From: Tepidicaulis sp.
Lineage (GTDB): Bacteria; Pseudomonadota; Alphaproteobacteria; Parvibaculales; Parvibaculaceae
Direction: 5' to 3'
NCBI RefSeq assembly: GCF_965222285.1
Contig: NZ_OZ244942.1
Location: 761,664 to 825,663, forward strand
Length of the DNA: 64,000 nt
Under the pieces are notes generated by a model, which was not told where the DNA came from, ran no database searches, and worked only from the letters and a program-made list of their open reading frames with translations. Position numbers and translations under genes: made by a program. Shown here piece by piece: positions 18,315 to 28,263 of this stretch; the first letter of the stretch is position 1; each line of letters starts with the position of its first letter.

Positions 18315-19775
18315 GTGTCTCAAGCCTCCGGCCCGCCGCCCGCCAGCAACCTGCTCGAATTGACGATCTCCGAGCTTTCGGCCGCCATCAAGCGGACGGT
18401 GGAGGACACGTTTGGCCATGTGCGCGTGCGCGGCGAGGTGGGCCGGGTCAGCCGGCCGGGCTCTGGTCATGTTTATCTGGACCTGAAAGACGACCGGGCG
18501 GTGCTTTCCGCCGTCATCTGGAAGGGCGTGGTGCCGGGGCTCAAGATCAAGCCGGAGCAGGGACTGGAAGTGATCGTCACAGGGCGGCTCACCACCTTCC
18601 CCGGCCAGTCGCGCTATCAGATCGTGATCGAGCAGATGGAGCCTGCCGGTGTCGGCGCGCTCATGGCGCTGCTGGAAGAGCGCAAGAAAAAGCTCGGCGC
18701 CGAAGGGCTCTTTGCGCCGGAACGTAAAAAGCCGCTGCCCTTTTTGCCGGATGTGATCGGCGTGGTGACGAGCCCGTCGGGCGCGGTGATCCGGGACATT
18801 CTCCACCGGCTGAACGACCGCTTTCCCCGCCATGTGCTGATCTGGCCGGTGCGCGTACAGGGCGAGCAATCGGCTGGCGAGGTGGCGGCGGCCATCGAAG
18901 GCTTCAACAAGTTGGAGCCGGGCGGACCTGTGCCACGGCCCGATCTTTTGATCGTGGCGCGCGGCGGCGGCTCGATCGAAGACCTTTGGTCGTTTAACGA
19001 GGAAAACGTGGTGCGCGCGGCAGCGGCGAGCCGTATCCCTCTGATTTCCGCTGTCGGCCATGAGACGGATACGACGCTGATCGATTATGCCGCCGACCGG
19101 CGCGCCCCGACCCCGACGGCGGCAGCGGAAATGGCTGTGCCGGTGCGCGCGGAGCTTCAGGCGCAGGTGATGGAACGGGCGCAGCGGCTGTTTCGCGCGC
19201 AGACGCGCATTCTCGAGCAGGGCCGGGCGCAGGTGGAAGGGCTTGCCCGCGGGCTGCCCCGCCTGCAGGACCTTTTTGCATTGCCCGAACAGCGCCTCGA
19301 TCATGCAAGCGAGCGCCTGACCCGCAGCCTGATGAATGCGGTGGCCGCAAAAGAGGCGCTGTTTCACAAGACCGAAGGACGGCTCACGGGCAAGCTCATC
19401 GAGATGCGGCTTCTGGAAGGCACGCGCCGCACGGCAGACATGAGCCAGCGGCTGCAAAATGCCGAGACGCGGCGGCTGGAAGACCTGCGCCGCAAGCTGG
19501 ATCAGACGGGGCGGCTGCTTGAGTCCTTTAGCTACAAGAATGTGCTCGGCCGCGGCTTTGCGCTGGTGCGCGACGGGGAGGGTAAGCCCGTACGCGGCTC
19601 CGCCGGATTGGCGGGCGGCGCGCCGCTCGAGCTTGAATTTGCAGGTGATGACCGTCTCGGCGTGGTCGTGGCGGGGGAGGGGGCAGCGCCGAAACCGGAA
19701 AAGGCAGCTGCCCGGAAGAAATCCCCGCCCAAAAAGCCCGATGCCAAAAAGCCGGAACAGGGCTCATTGCTTTGA
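18315..19775 (+). CDS. xseA: Exodeoxyribonuclease VII large subunit
   Basis: TISELSAAIKRTVEDTFGHVRVRGEV (OB fold), GVVTSPSGAVIRDI, and RGGGSIEDLWSFNEE. The start is uncertain: GTG at 18315 or the longer ORF from 18252. Confidence 0.88.
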   Translation: MSQASGPPPASNLLELTISELSAAIKRTVEDTFGHVRVRGEVGRVSRPGSGHVYLDLKDDRAVLSAVIWKGVVPGLKIKPEQGLEVIVTGRLTTFPGQSRYQIVIEQMEPAGVGALMALLEERKKKLGAEGLFAPERKKPLPFLPDVIGVVTSPSGAVIRDILHRLNDRFPRHVLIWPVRVQGEQSAGEVAAAIEGFNKLEPGGPVPRPDLLIVARGGGSIEDLWSFNEENVVRAAAASRIPLISAVGHETDTTLIDYAADRRAPTPTAAAEMAVPVRAELQAQVMERAQRLFRAQTRILEQGRAQVEGLARGLPRLQDLFALPEQRLDHASERLTRSLMNAVAAKEALFHKTEGRLTGKLIEMRLLEGTRRTADMSQRLQNAETRRLEDLRRKLDQTGRLLESFSYKNVLGRGFALVRDGEGKPVRGSAGLAGGAPLELEFAGDDRLGVVVAGEGAAPKPEKAAARKKSPPKKPDAKKPEQGSLL

Positions 19776-19852
19776 TGGTGCCTCTCATGGGATAGAGGTT
19801 TGAGTTACACTAAAGAGTGCGTATGACCGGCGCGCCGGACAGGAGAAAAGAC

Positions 19853-20059
19853 ATGGACACGCAAGGCGAAGCGGAACTGGTTTACGGCGACGGTGAATTC
19901 CGGATCGTGCGGCGCGGTGCATTCGTTACCTGTAAGGTGACGGGCCGGAAAATTCCCTTGGCCGAACTGAAGTACTGGAGCGTGGCGCTGCAGGAACCTT
20001 ATGCCGATGCGGAAGCCTCGCTGAAGCGGCACCTGGAAGTGGCGGGCGCTGATAAATGA
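19853..20059 (+). CDS. Small conserved protein (DUF2093-like)
   Basis: Sequence GEAELVYGDGEFRIVRRGAFVTCKVTGRKIPLAELKYWSVALQEPY. Its stop overlaps the next start (ATGA). The family assignment is from memory only. Confidence 0.55.
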   Translation: MDTQGEAELVYGDGEFRIVRRGAFVTCKVTGRKIPLAELKYWSVALQEPYADAEASLKRHLEVAGADK

Positions 20060-20895
20060 CCCGCGCCCCGCTCTTGCCCAAAGGTCTGCTTGCCGCGCTA
20101 TGCGCGCTCGCCGGCATGGGCCCGGCAGCCATGGCGGGGGAGCTGATTTTACGCGGTGAGCGGGTGCAGGGCGGGCTCATCGTCGGGGAGGCGCCGGCAG
20201 GCACCGTGCTGCGCCTCGACGGGAAAACGCTGCCGGTAACGCCGGAGGGCAAATTCGTTTTCGGTTTCGACCGGGACCGCAAAGAGCCTGCATTGCTGGA
20301 AGCCACGTTTGCCGACGGGACCGCCGCGCGCGAGGAAATTGCCGTTGCCGCGCGCGACTACGATATCCAGCATGTAAACGGCGTGGCGCGCAAATATGTG
20401 AGCCCGCCGCCTGAAACGCTCGCCCGTATCCGCGCCGATGCCGTGAAGAAGCGCAAGGCGCGGGTCGAAGACAGCCCGCTCGATTATTTTGCCGGGGATT
20501 TCATCTGGCCGGTGACCGGGCCCATTAGCGGGGTCTATGGCAGCCAGCGCTTTTATAACGGCGAGCCGCGCCGTCCCCATTACGGGCTCGACATTGCGGC
20601 GGGCGAGGGGGCGCTGGTGCGCGCGCCGCAGGCCGGTACCGTGCGCCTTGCCGAACCCGATATGTATTTTGAAGGCGGGCTCATCTTCATCGACCATGGC
20701 CATTCGCTCATCTCCGTGCTCATGCATTTAAGCAGCGTCGATGTGAAGGCGGGCATGGAAGTGAAACAGGGAGATGTCGTCGGCAAGGTCGGCGCGACGG
20801 GACGCGTGACGGGCCCGCATCTTGATTGGCGCATGTATTGGCGCGATGCCCATGTGGACCCGCAGCTGCTTTTGGGGCCGCAGCCAGAAGAATAA
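20056..20895 (+). CDS. M23 family metallopeptidase (LytM domain)
   Basis: A signal peptide, and HYGLDIAAGEGALVRAP ... IDHGHSLISVLMHLS ... GATGRVTGPHLDW. Confidence 0.85.
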   Translation: MTRAPLLPKGLLAALCALAGMGPAAMAGELILRGERVQGGLIVGEAPAGTVLRLDGKTLPVTPEGKFVFGFDRDRKEPALLEATFADGTAAREEIAVAARDYDIQHVNGVARKYVSPPPETLARIRADAVKKRKARVEDSPLDYFAGDFIWPVTGPISGVYGSQRFYNGEPRRPHYGLDIAAGEGALVRAPQAGTVRLAEPDMYFEGGLIFIDHGHSLISVLMHLSSVDVKAGMEVKQGDVVGKVGATGRVTGPHLDWRMYWRDAHVDPQLLLGPQPEE

Positions 20896-20900
20896 ACGCC

Positions 20901-21797
20901 TTAAGGTTTGGCGTGTTTCGGCCAGCGGTTGTGCAGCCAGAACCATTGCTCGGGGTGGGCGCGGATTTCCCCTTCCAGAAAATCGTTCATGGCCTGCGTG
21001 ATGCGGGCGATCTCCTCGAACGTGTCGGCATTTTCATCGGCCAGGATCGGCGGGTTGACCTTCATGGCAAAGCCCGTGCTCTCCCCCAGCCGGCGGAAAG
21101 AGATGGGATAGATCGGCACGCCGTAGCGCACGGCAAGCCCGGCCGGCGCGGCGGTGGTCATGGCCTTGTGCCCGAAAAAAGTCGTCTCCAAGCCTTCGTT
21201 CATTTTCTGATCGACGAGCATATAGAGCGATTTTTTTTCCTTCAGCACTTTCAGGATTTCCCGCGCGCCTTTCGAGCCTTTGGGAATTTGCAGCGGCGTA
21301 ACGGCGCGGGCTCTTAAACCGACCATCCATTCATCGACATAAGGGTTGTTGGCATGGCGGTAGATCTCCGCCCCTTCCAGCCCGTAAAGCCTGCCGATCA
21401 GCGGCGCGATTTCCCAATTGCCGAAATGGCCGGAAATGAAGATCGCGCCTTTATCGCGCTCTTCCATGACGGAAAGATTTTCCGTGCCCGAAAGGCCGAG
21501 CTTGTCGCGGTGGGCGGGCAGTTGAAACTCATGCAGATGCGCATATTCGCCGATCGTGCGCCCGAGATTGCGCCACATCTTTTTGATGATCGCCTCGCGT
21601 TCGGCAGGTGCAAGCTCGGGCATGGCGCGGGCCATATTGGCGCGGGCGCGGTTCGTCACGCCAAGCCTCGGGCCGAGCGTACCGGCGATGAAAGCACCGA
21701 AAGCCGAGGCGCGTTCCAGCGGCAAGGCGCCGAAAAGCCCGAGCGCTGCTTTCAGCGCCACGGCTTCGAACTTATGTCTGAGTGCCTTGCCTGCCAC
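20901..21797 (-). CDS. Lipid A biosynthesis lauroyl/late acyltransferase (HtrB/LpxL family)
   Basis: HFGNWE motif (ISGHFGNWEI), the C-terminal PEQWFWLHNRWK signature, and location next to lpxK-waaA. Confidence 0.8.
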   Translation of the reverse strand: MAGKALRHKFEAVALKAALGLFGALPLERASAFGAFIAGTLGPRLGVTNRARANMARAMPELAPAEREAIIKKMWRNLGRTIGEYAHLHEFQLPAHRDKLGLSGTENLSVMEERDKGAIFISGHFGNWEIAPLIGRLYGLEGAEIYRHANNPYVDEWMVGLRARAVTPLQIPKGSKGAREILKVLKEKKSLYMLVDQKMNEGLETTFFGHKAMTTAAPAGLAVRYGVPIYPISFRRLGESTGFAMKVNPPILADENADTFEEIARITQAMNDFLEGEIRAHPEQWFWLHNRWPKHAKP

Positions 21798-21871
21798 CCG
21801 GCTCTTGCTCCTTCTTGCGCAGTGGTTGTGAGCTTATAGCAAGTTCGAAGGGGGAAGGCGATTGCCCTGGC

Positions 21872-22918
21872 TCAGGTCGAACCCTCCGGCGCGGCGAAAG
21901 GCACGTAAGTGTGATCGGCGCGCGCGCGTCTAAGAGCTTCTTCCAGCAATGCGTCGATGCCGCCTTCACCTTCCACGTCCAACCGGACGGGCAGTGTCAC
22001 AAGGCGGGGGAGGGAAAGGCCGCGGCAGCGCATGGCATCTTTCTCCGTCGTCACCAGCACGGCCTCGCGGCGGGCCGCTTCCTTGGCAAGCCCGTCCAGG
22101 TCTTTCTGGCTGTAAGGGGCGTGATCGGGAAAACCGTGCCGGCTTTGAATGTCGGCGCCGATTTCCTCCAGGGTGCGGAAGAATTTTTCCGGCCGCCCGA
22201 TCCCGGCAAAGGCGACGGTTTTTTGGCCCCGAAGCGCGGCGGCTTCTGCCTCGCCGGGCGTGAGCCTTGCGCTGAAGACGGCGAGCCCTGTGCGCTCCGC
22301 CAGTTCGGCCGGGCCTCTGCCTGGCTCGCCCGCGCCGATGACGATGACGGCTTCGGCGCGTGACAGTGCGGCCTCATAAGTTTCGCGTAAGGGCCCAGCG
22401 GGCATCACCTTGCCATTGCCAAGGCCCGCGTCCCCATCGATGACGAGAAAGGAAAGGTCTTTCTGAAGGGAAGGGTTCTGAAAGCCGTCATCCATGATGA
22501 GGACGCTTGCGCCTTGTTCTTCGGCGGCGCGCGCGCCTTTCACCCTGTCAGCGGAGATCCAGCAGGGCGCTTCGCCTGCAAGAAGAAGCGGTTCGTCGCC
22601 CACCTCCGCCGCGCTGTGGCGGGCGGGATCGACGCGGAGTGGGCCTTCAAGCGTGCCGCCATAGCCCCGGCTGAGAAAATGCGGGTGCTCGCCCATGGCT
22701 TTCAGCCGTTCGGCGAGAAAAAGCGCGGTCGGTGTTTTTCCCGCCCCGCCCGCCGTGACATTGCCGACGCAAATAACCGGAATGCCGATCCGCTCGCCTG
22801 CACTGAAACGCTGTTTGAAAAAAGCGGCGCGTCCATAAAGCCAGCCGAGCGGGGAAAGAAGTCGGGCGGCAAGAGGTGTAGCGCCCTTCGGCGGATACCA
22901 GAAGGAGGGGCTACGCAT
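21872..22918 (-). CDS. lpxK: Tetraacyldisaccharide 4'-kinase
   Basis: P-loop VGNVTAGGAGKTP and the LSRGYGG motif. Confidence 0.9.
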   Translation of the reverse strand: MRSPSFWYPPKGATPLAARLLSPLGWLYGRAAFFKQRFSAGERIGIPVICVGNVTAGGAGKTPTALFLAERLKAMGEHPHFLSRGYGGTLEGPLRVDPARHSAAEVGDEPLLLAGEAPCWISADRVKGARAAEEQGASVLIMDDGFQNPSLQKDLSFLVIDGDAGLGNGKVMPAGPLRETYEAALSRAEAVIVIGAGEPGRGPAELAERTGLAVFSARLTPGEAEAAALRGQKTVAFAGIGRPEKFFRTLEEIGADIQSRHGFPDHAPYSQKDLDGLAKEAARREAVLVTTEKDAMRCRGLSLPRLVTLPVRLDVEGEGGIDALLEEALRRARADHTYVPFAAPEGST

Positions 22919-24212
22919 GTGGCCGCTCCCGCGCCGACCCCTCCGGCATCAGGGCAAGCAATTGGTGCGCGACCCGCATACTCGCCCCGCCCAGAAGTGA
23001 GGCGGCATTATGCGCCTGCTCGGCCCGCGCGCCGACTTCATCCGGCGCGTTCAAAAGATTTTTGAGCGTCTCTGTCAGCGCCGCGCGGTCTTTGACTTCG
23101 AGCGCGCCGCCTTGTGCCAGCAAATGCCCGGCAGGAACGGTAAAGTTGAACATATGCGGCCCGAAAAGCAGCGCCGCGCCAAGGCGCGCCGGCTCCAGCG
23201 GGTTGTGTCCACCATGGGGGATCAAAGAGCCGCCCATGAAGACGAGCGGGCAGAGCCGGTAAAACAGCCCAAGCTCGCCCATCGTATCGGCAAGATAAAT
23301 ATCCGTTTCCTCGCGCGGCAGGCGCTCAAGGCTGCGCTGGGCAACAGTGAGACCGAGCGCTTCAAGCTGAGCGCGGATCTCATGCGCGCGGGCGGGATGA
23401 CGCGGCGCGATGACGGTCAGAAGTCCCGGGAAAGCAGCTTTCAGCGCGAGATGCGTTTGTCCGGCTTGGACCTCTTCATCCTCATGGGTGCTGGAGGCGA
23501 GCCAAAGCGGACGCGCGCGGGTTGCCTCCTGCAGTTTTTCCAGCTTCTTTTCATCGAAGGGCAGGGGCTGCGCATCGAATTTCAGATTGCCGGGCTGGGT
23601 GACGTTTGCCGCGCCAAGAGCGGTGAAACGTTCTTCGCTTTTTTCGTCCTGCGCCATGATGGCGGCAAAAGCGCCAAGCAGCGTTCCGGCGCTTTGCGGC
23701 GCGCGCTGCCAACCTTCGAGCGACTTTTGCGACAGCCGCCCGTTGACGAGCGCGAGCGGAATGTCCCGCCGCGCCGCCTCACGGATGAGGTTGGGCCAGA
23801 GCTCCGATTCCACGAACGCGGCAAGATCCGGCTTCCAGTGATCCAGAAAGCGGCGCGCATAGGCCGGTGCATCGAGCGGCACGAATTGATGGATGGCGCG
23901 CTCGGACAACCGCTCGGCCAGAAGCTGCGCGGAGGTGAGCGTGCCGGAGGTCACGAGGATCGTCAGGTCCGCGCGGCTTGCCAGAAGAATGTCGATCAGC
24001 GGCAGGATGGAAAGAGATTCGCCGACGCTTGCCCCATGCAGCCAAAGCAGCGTGCCCTCGGGACGTTTTGCCGATGCGCGCCCGCGCCGCTCGCCGATGC
24101 GCGCGCTGTCTTCCTTGCCGCGTGCTGCCCGGCGGGCCAAGAGGAGCGGGGCAGCGGGACGCAGGGCGGTTGCAGCGGCGCTGTAGAGCCTGAGCGGAAA
24201 AGGTGTCGTCAT
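22911..24212 (-). CDS. waaA: 3-deoxy-D-manno-octulosonic acid (Kdo) transferase
   Basis: LWLHGASVGESLSILPLI, ESELWPNLI, and GGSLIPHGGHNPLEPA. There is an 8-bp overlap with lpxK. Confidence 0.9.
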   Translation of the reverse strand: MTTPFPLRLYSAAATALRPAAPLLLARRAARGKEDSARIGERRGRASAKRPEGTLLWLHGASVGESLSILPLIDILLASRADLTILVTSGTLTSAQLLAERLSERAIHQFVPLDAPAYARRFLDHWKPDLAAFVESELWPNLIREAARRDIPLALVNGRLSQKSLEGWQRAPQSAGTLLGAFAAIMAQDEKSEERFTALGAANVTQPGNLKFDAQPLPFDEKKLEKLQEATRARPLWLASSTHEDEEVQAGQTHLALKAAFPGLLTVIAPRHPARAHEIRAQLEALGLTVAQRSLERLPREETDIYLADTMGELGLFYRLCPLVFMGGSLIPHGGHNPLEPARLGAALLFGPHMFNFTVPAGHLLAQGGALEVKDRAALTETLKNLLNAPDEVGARAEQAHNAASLLGGASMRVAHQLLALMPEGSARERPHA

Positions 24213-24218
24213 AGGCGG

Positions 24219-24986
24219 CTATCCGGCGCTGCGCGGGGAAGAGGGGCTGCCGTGAGGCTGGTCTTCGCTCCGGCGGCCGACCAGTCTGTCCGCTTCTTCA
24301 GTGACGGCATTCAGCGCTTCTTCCACTTTCTTTCTGGCCTCTTCCAAAGCCTCGCCGCTGGCATCGCCCGGCACATAGATGGGCTCGCCCCACACAAAAG
24401 CGCCTTTGGAAAAAGGCAGGTTGATTTGATAGCGGTCCCAATTGTTGAGCACGATGCGCGCCTTGGTGGTAACGGCAATGGGCACGATGGGCCGGCCGGA
24501 AAGCCGCGCCAGCGCCACGATCCCTTCGCCGGCCCTCCGTGCAGGACCCGGTGGCAGGTCCGCCGTCATGCCGATGGAGACGTCGTTTTGCAGCGCCCGC
24601 ACCATGCCGCGCAAGGCGACCGCACCGCCTTTATTCTTATCCTTGGCTTTTTTCTTTGCGCCTTTCGGCACGCCCGCACCGCGAATGGTGGAAAGGCCGA
24701 GCCGGTGCATCAGCCGGGCGATGATCTCTCCGTCGCTTGAGCGGGAAACGAGGATCGCAAGCTCGCGCCAATTGTGCCAGAAGGGCGGGGTGAGCATGTT
24801 CTGCCCGTGCCAGGTGACGCAGATGAAGCTTTCGTTGTTTTTCCAGAAACGTTCGGGCACGTCCGGGCGGCGGATGATGAAGCGGCTCGAATAGCGCACA
24901 AGCCGGATATAAAAGGCGGCGATGAAAGCTGCCGTGCTTTGAAAGGCGCTGCTTTTTACAAGACGCTTCAAGGGAGACATGCTCAT
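24219..24986 (-). CDS. DUF374 / lysophospholipid acyltransferase-like protein
   Basis: It sits between msbA-like and waaA. Sequence includes VTWHGQN...LVSRSSDGEIIARLM...GLSTIRG. There is a 4-bp overlap with the upstream ABC transporter. Confidence 0.7.
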   Translation of the reverse strand: MSMSPLKRLVKSSAFQSTAAFIAAFYIRLVRYSSRFIIRRPDVPERFWKNNESFICVTWHGQNMLTPPFWHNWRELAILVSRSSDGEIIARLMHRLGLSTIRGAGVPKGAKKKAKDKNKGGAVALRGMVRALQNDVSIGMTADLPPGPARRAGEGIVALARLSGRPIVPIAVTTKARIVLNNWDRYQINLPFSKGAFVWGEPIYVPGDASGEALEEARKKVEEALNAVTEEADRLVGRRSEDQPHGSPSSPRSAG

Positions 24987-26962
24987 TCTCCGGCGGCAGC
25001 TTGTTCTGTGTCTTTCCGCGGCGCGTCCGCAGGCATCTCCGTCTCCCCGCCGCCATCCTGCGCGAATTGCGTCTGATAAAGCTCCGCATAAAGCCCGCCC
25101 TTGGCAAGCAGCTCGCTATGGGTGCCTTGTTCGAGCACGCGCCCGCCATCGATCACGTAAATCCGGTCTGCATGCATGATGGTGGAAAGCCGGTGCGCGA
25201 TGACGAGCGTCGTGCGCCCCTTCATCAGCGTGCTCAAGGCTTCCTGCACTTGCTGTTCGGAAGCGGTGTCGAGCGAAGAGGTCGCTTCATCGAGCAGTAG
25301 AATGGGCGCGTTTTTCAGCATCGCGCGGGCAATGGCAATGCGCTGGCGCTGGCCGCCAGAAAGTTTCAAGCCGCCTTCGCCGACCACCGTGTCATAACCG
25401 TCTTTAAGGGCCAGAATAAAGTCATGGGCGGCGGCGGCGCGGGCGGCGGCTTCGACCGCTTCTTGCGAAGTATCCGGCACGCCGTAAGCGATATTGGCGC
25501 GGATCGTATCGTCGAAAAGGAAGGGTTCCTGCGTAACGAGCGCGCTTGCTTCGCGCAGGCTTGAGAGCGTCACATCGCGCACATGCTGCCCGTCGATGAG
25601 AACGCGCCCGTGTGAGGCATCGTAAAAGCGCGGCACGAGATTGAGGATCGTGCTTTTGCCCGCGCCCGAGGGGCCGACAAGCGCGACGGTCTTGCCATGG
25701 GGCACGTCGATATCGACCGCGTGAAGCGCTTCCGTTCCGTCCCGGTAATGGAAGGAGACGTTCTCGAAGCGGATTTCACCGGAACTGACTTTCAGCGGCA
25801 CCGCACCCGGCATATCCGCAATTTCGGCTTTTTCATCGAGCACTGGGAAGATGCGCGAAGCGGCGGCCGCGCCTTCCTGCATCACCGTGCCCTGGTTCGC
25901 GACGGCCTTGAGCGGCTGATAGGCAAGCAGAAGCGCCGAGCCGAAGCCCATGAACTCGCCGGACGTCATGGCGCCCGTGCCGCCCTGATAACCGGCATAG
26001 TAAATCACGGCGGCAAAACCGAGGCCGGAAAAGGCTTCCGTCAGCGGGCTTGCGGCGGCGCGCGCGCGCACCGCTTTCATGCGGTGCTCGAGCACTTTCA
26101 GGATCGTTGCCTGCGCCCGGTCCGTCTCATGGCTTTCCTGGCCGTATGCCTTCACCACGCGGATGCCTTTCAAGGCTTCCGAGATCAGCGAGGAAAGCGT
26201 CGCCGTTTCATTGAGGTTCTTCGTCGTTGCCTTGCGCGTGCGTTTGCCGATGCGGCGCAGGAAGACGACGATGAGCGGGCCGACGCAGGTTGCCAGAATG
26301 GTGAGCAGCCAGTCGAGATAGATCATGTAGGCGAGAAGGCCGACAAGCATGATCAGGTGGCGCGTCATGTTGACGATGGTTTGCGACATGGCGGACTCAA
26401 GCCGGGTCACATCGTTCAGAAAGATCGAGATGAAACGGCCCGAATGGGTTTGCTGCACCCAGCCGAGATCGGACCAGACGAGCTTTTGAAAAAGATTGCG
26501 CTGCAGGGCGGCAATCATGTTCTGGCTCATCGTCGCCATGAAGATGTTGGAGATGTAGGTCGCAAAGGCGCGCACCACCATGATGAGGGCGGCGGCCCCT
26601 GCAATATAAGGCAGCACATCCATCGAGGAACCGAAAGTCATGTCTTCCGTCAGCCCGTCTCCTGCGAAAGGCACGTCGATTTTGAGATCGGTGGAAGGAT
26701 CGGCAACGAAAAGAAGATCGATGGTCTGCTGCAGAAGAAAAGGCAGGGCGGGGCCGACGGCGCCGACCACGATATTGGCGGCAACGGCGGTCAGAATGTG
26801 CCAGCGGTAGGGATAAAGATACTGGGCCGCGACCCGGCGGGCGGCGGCAAGAGCCGAAAGCTCCTTTGCCTCGTTCCCGCCTGTCTTCTTGCCGGCAGCC
26901 TGGCCCGCGTTCTCAACCACATTATTACCCAAGTTCGTACCTGCGTCTTTGCCCGTTTGCAT
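24983..26962 (-). CDS. ABC transporter permease/ATPase fusion, MsbA-like lipid A flippase
   Basis: A six-TM exporter domain, Walker A GPSGAGKST, signature LSGGQRQRIAIARA, and Walker B ILLLDEATS. The context is an LPS gene cluster. Confidence 0.85.
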   Translation of the reverse strand: MQTGKDAGTNLGNNVVENAGQAAGKKTGGNEAKELSALAAARRVAAQYLYPYRWHILTAVAANIVVGAVGPALPFLLQQTIDLLFVADPSTDLKIDVPFAGDGLTEDMTFGSSMDVLPYIAGAAALIMVVRAFATYISNIFMATMSQNMIAALQRNLFQKLVWSDLGWVQQTHSGRFISIFLNDVTRLESAMSQTIVNMTRHLIMLVGLLAYMIYLDWLLTILATCVGPLIVVFLRRIGKRTRKATTKNLNETATLSSLISEALKGIRVVKAYGQESHETDRAQATILKVLEHRMKAVRARAAASPLTEAFSGLGFAAVIYYAGYQGGTGAMTSGEFMGFGSALLLAYQPLKAVANQGTVMQEGAAAASRIFPVLDEKAEIADMPGAVPLKVSSGEIRFENVSFHYRDGTEALHAVDIDVPHGKTVALVGPSGAGKSTILNLVPRFYDASHGRVLIDGQHVRDVTLSSLREASALVTQEPFLFDDTIRANIAYGVPDTSQEAVEAAARAAAAHDFILALKDGYDTVVGEGGLKLSGGQRQRIAIARAMLKNAPILLLDEATSSLDTASEQQVQEALSTLMKGRTTLVIAHRLSTIMHADRIYVIDGGRVLEQGTHSELLAKGGLYAELYQTQFAQDGGGETEMPADAPRKDTEQAAAGE

Positions 26963-27101
26963 CCTCTGCCAGGGCCGAAAAAGGCCCTTTCAAGGTGCGC
27001 GCGACCATATCACGGGGCTTTGGGGCCGTCACCCGGCACGGGACTTAAGATCAGGCGCCACAATCACTTTTTGGTGCCGCCGTTTTTCGGTGACGGGCGG
27101 C

Positions 27102-27332
27102 TCAATGGTCGTTTTCCGGATCGAGCAATTTATGCAGATGCACGATGAAATAGCGGGTGCGGGCGCTATCCACGTTTTTCTGGGAAACGTCCTTCCAGGC
27201 ATTATAGGCGCTGGCATAGTCGGGATAGATGCCCACCACGTCGAGCTTGCTCACATCCTCGAACGTCACCCCTTGCAGGTCCGACAACTCGCCGCCGAAA
27301 ACGAGATGGAGAAGCTGTTTGTTGTCGCTCAT
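27102..27332 (-). CDS. Small conserved protein (DUF4170-like)
   Basis: A 76-aa ORF, LHLVFGGELSDLQGVTFEDVSKLDVVGIYPDYASAYNAWK, with coding-like GC3. The family assignment is from memory. Confidence 0.6.
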   Translation of the reverse strand: MSDNKQLLHLVFGGELSDLQGVTFEDVSKLDVVGIYPDYASAYNAWKDVSQKNVDSARTRYFIVHLHKLLDPENDH

Positions 27333-27444
27333 GAAAGAACCTCGCCGGTCATCTGAAGGAGAGCGCTGAATTTACCATGTTTGCGCGGGACTGGCATCCG
27401 GCATTCGCCTGAACTTGCGCTCTTGGAGGGATAGGCCCTTCGCC

Positions 27445-28263
27445 TTAAGGAAGCGTGATATTGTCGGTCCGTGCAATGATCGCCTGATAAAGGGCGGGGC
27501 CGGCGGCGATGAAGCTGCGGTGCTTCGTGTCTTCCCGGTTATAGATGAGCGGGGCGCCCTGATGATCGGTGATCTTGCCGCCTGCTTCATGGATCAAGAG
27601 ATCGGCGGCGGCAATGTCCCAGTCGTTCTTGCGGTTGAGCGCCATGGCCGCATCGGCCTGGCCGCAGGCGACAAGCGCGAGGCGGTAGGCAACGGAATTG
27701 CGGTCCACGATCTCCATCTCCGGCCAGGGCTCGCGCCAGGCCGGGTGCTTGAACATCGGCCCGAAGGCGGCCATGCGGCAGCCGTCTATCACGTCGCAGG
27801 CGCTCACCTGAATGGGCGCGCCGTTGAGCCGTGCGCCGCCGCCCGACACCGCCTCGAAAAACTCGTCCATGGCCGGGTTGAAGACCGCGCCGAGAATGGG
27901 CCGGCCTTCTTCCACCAGCGCGCCGCAAATCGTGAAATGCGGTTTGCCTTTGATGAAGGCGCGGGTGCCGTCGATGGGATCGATGACCCAGACCCGCGAC
28001 CGCGTCAGGCGGCGCGCATCGTCTTCGGTTTCCTCCGAAAGCCAGCCATAACCCGGCCGTGCCTCTTGCAGCCGCTCGGCAAGCAGCGCATTGACCGCCA
28101 AATCGGCCTCGCTGACGGGATCGCCCTTGCTCTTTTCCCAATGTTTGGCATCGGCCTTGTAATAGGTCAGCGCCAAGGCGCCGGCCTCGCGCACGGCTTT
28201 GCATAAAAGCGCGTGATCCTTAGCCCGATCGCTCGTTGCCGTTTGTTGATCAGTTCCCGGCAA
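27445..28263 (-). CDS. Inositol monophosphatase family / 3'(2'),5'-bisphosphate nucleotidase (CysQ-like)
   Basis: Motifs PVSEADLAV, WLSEETEDD, WVIDPIDGTRAFI and WDIAAADLLIHEAGG. Confidence 0.8.
   Translation of the reverse strand: MPGTDQQTATSDRAKDHALLCKAVREAGALALTYYKADAKHWEKSKGDPVSEADLAVNALLAERLQEARPGYGWLSEETEDDARRLTRSRVWVIDPIDGTRAFIKGKPHFTICGALVEEGRPILGAVFNPAMDEFFEAVSGGGARLNGAPIQVSACDVIDGCRMAAFGPMFKHPAWREPWPEMEIVDRNSVAYRLALVACGQADAAMALNRKNDWDIAAADLLIHEAGGKITDHQGAPLIYNREDTKHRSFIAAGPALYQAIIARTDNITLP

Noticed and set aside
23010-27148. Long plus-strand ORFs (23010-24740 and 25697-27148) across the LPS cluster.
   Set aside because: They are antisense to waaA, DUF374 and msbA-like, all with clear motifs, and have an Arg/Gly/His-rich composition.
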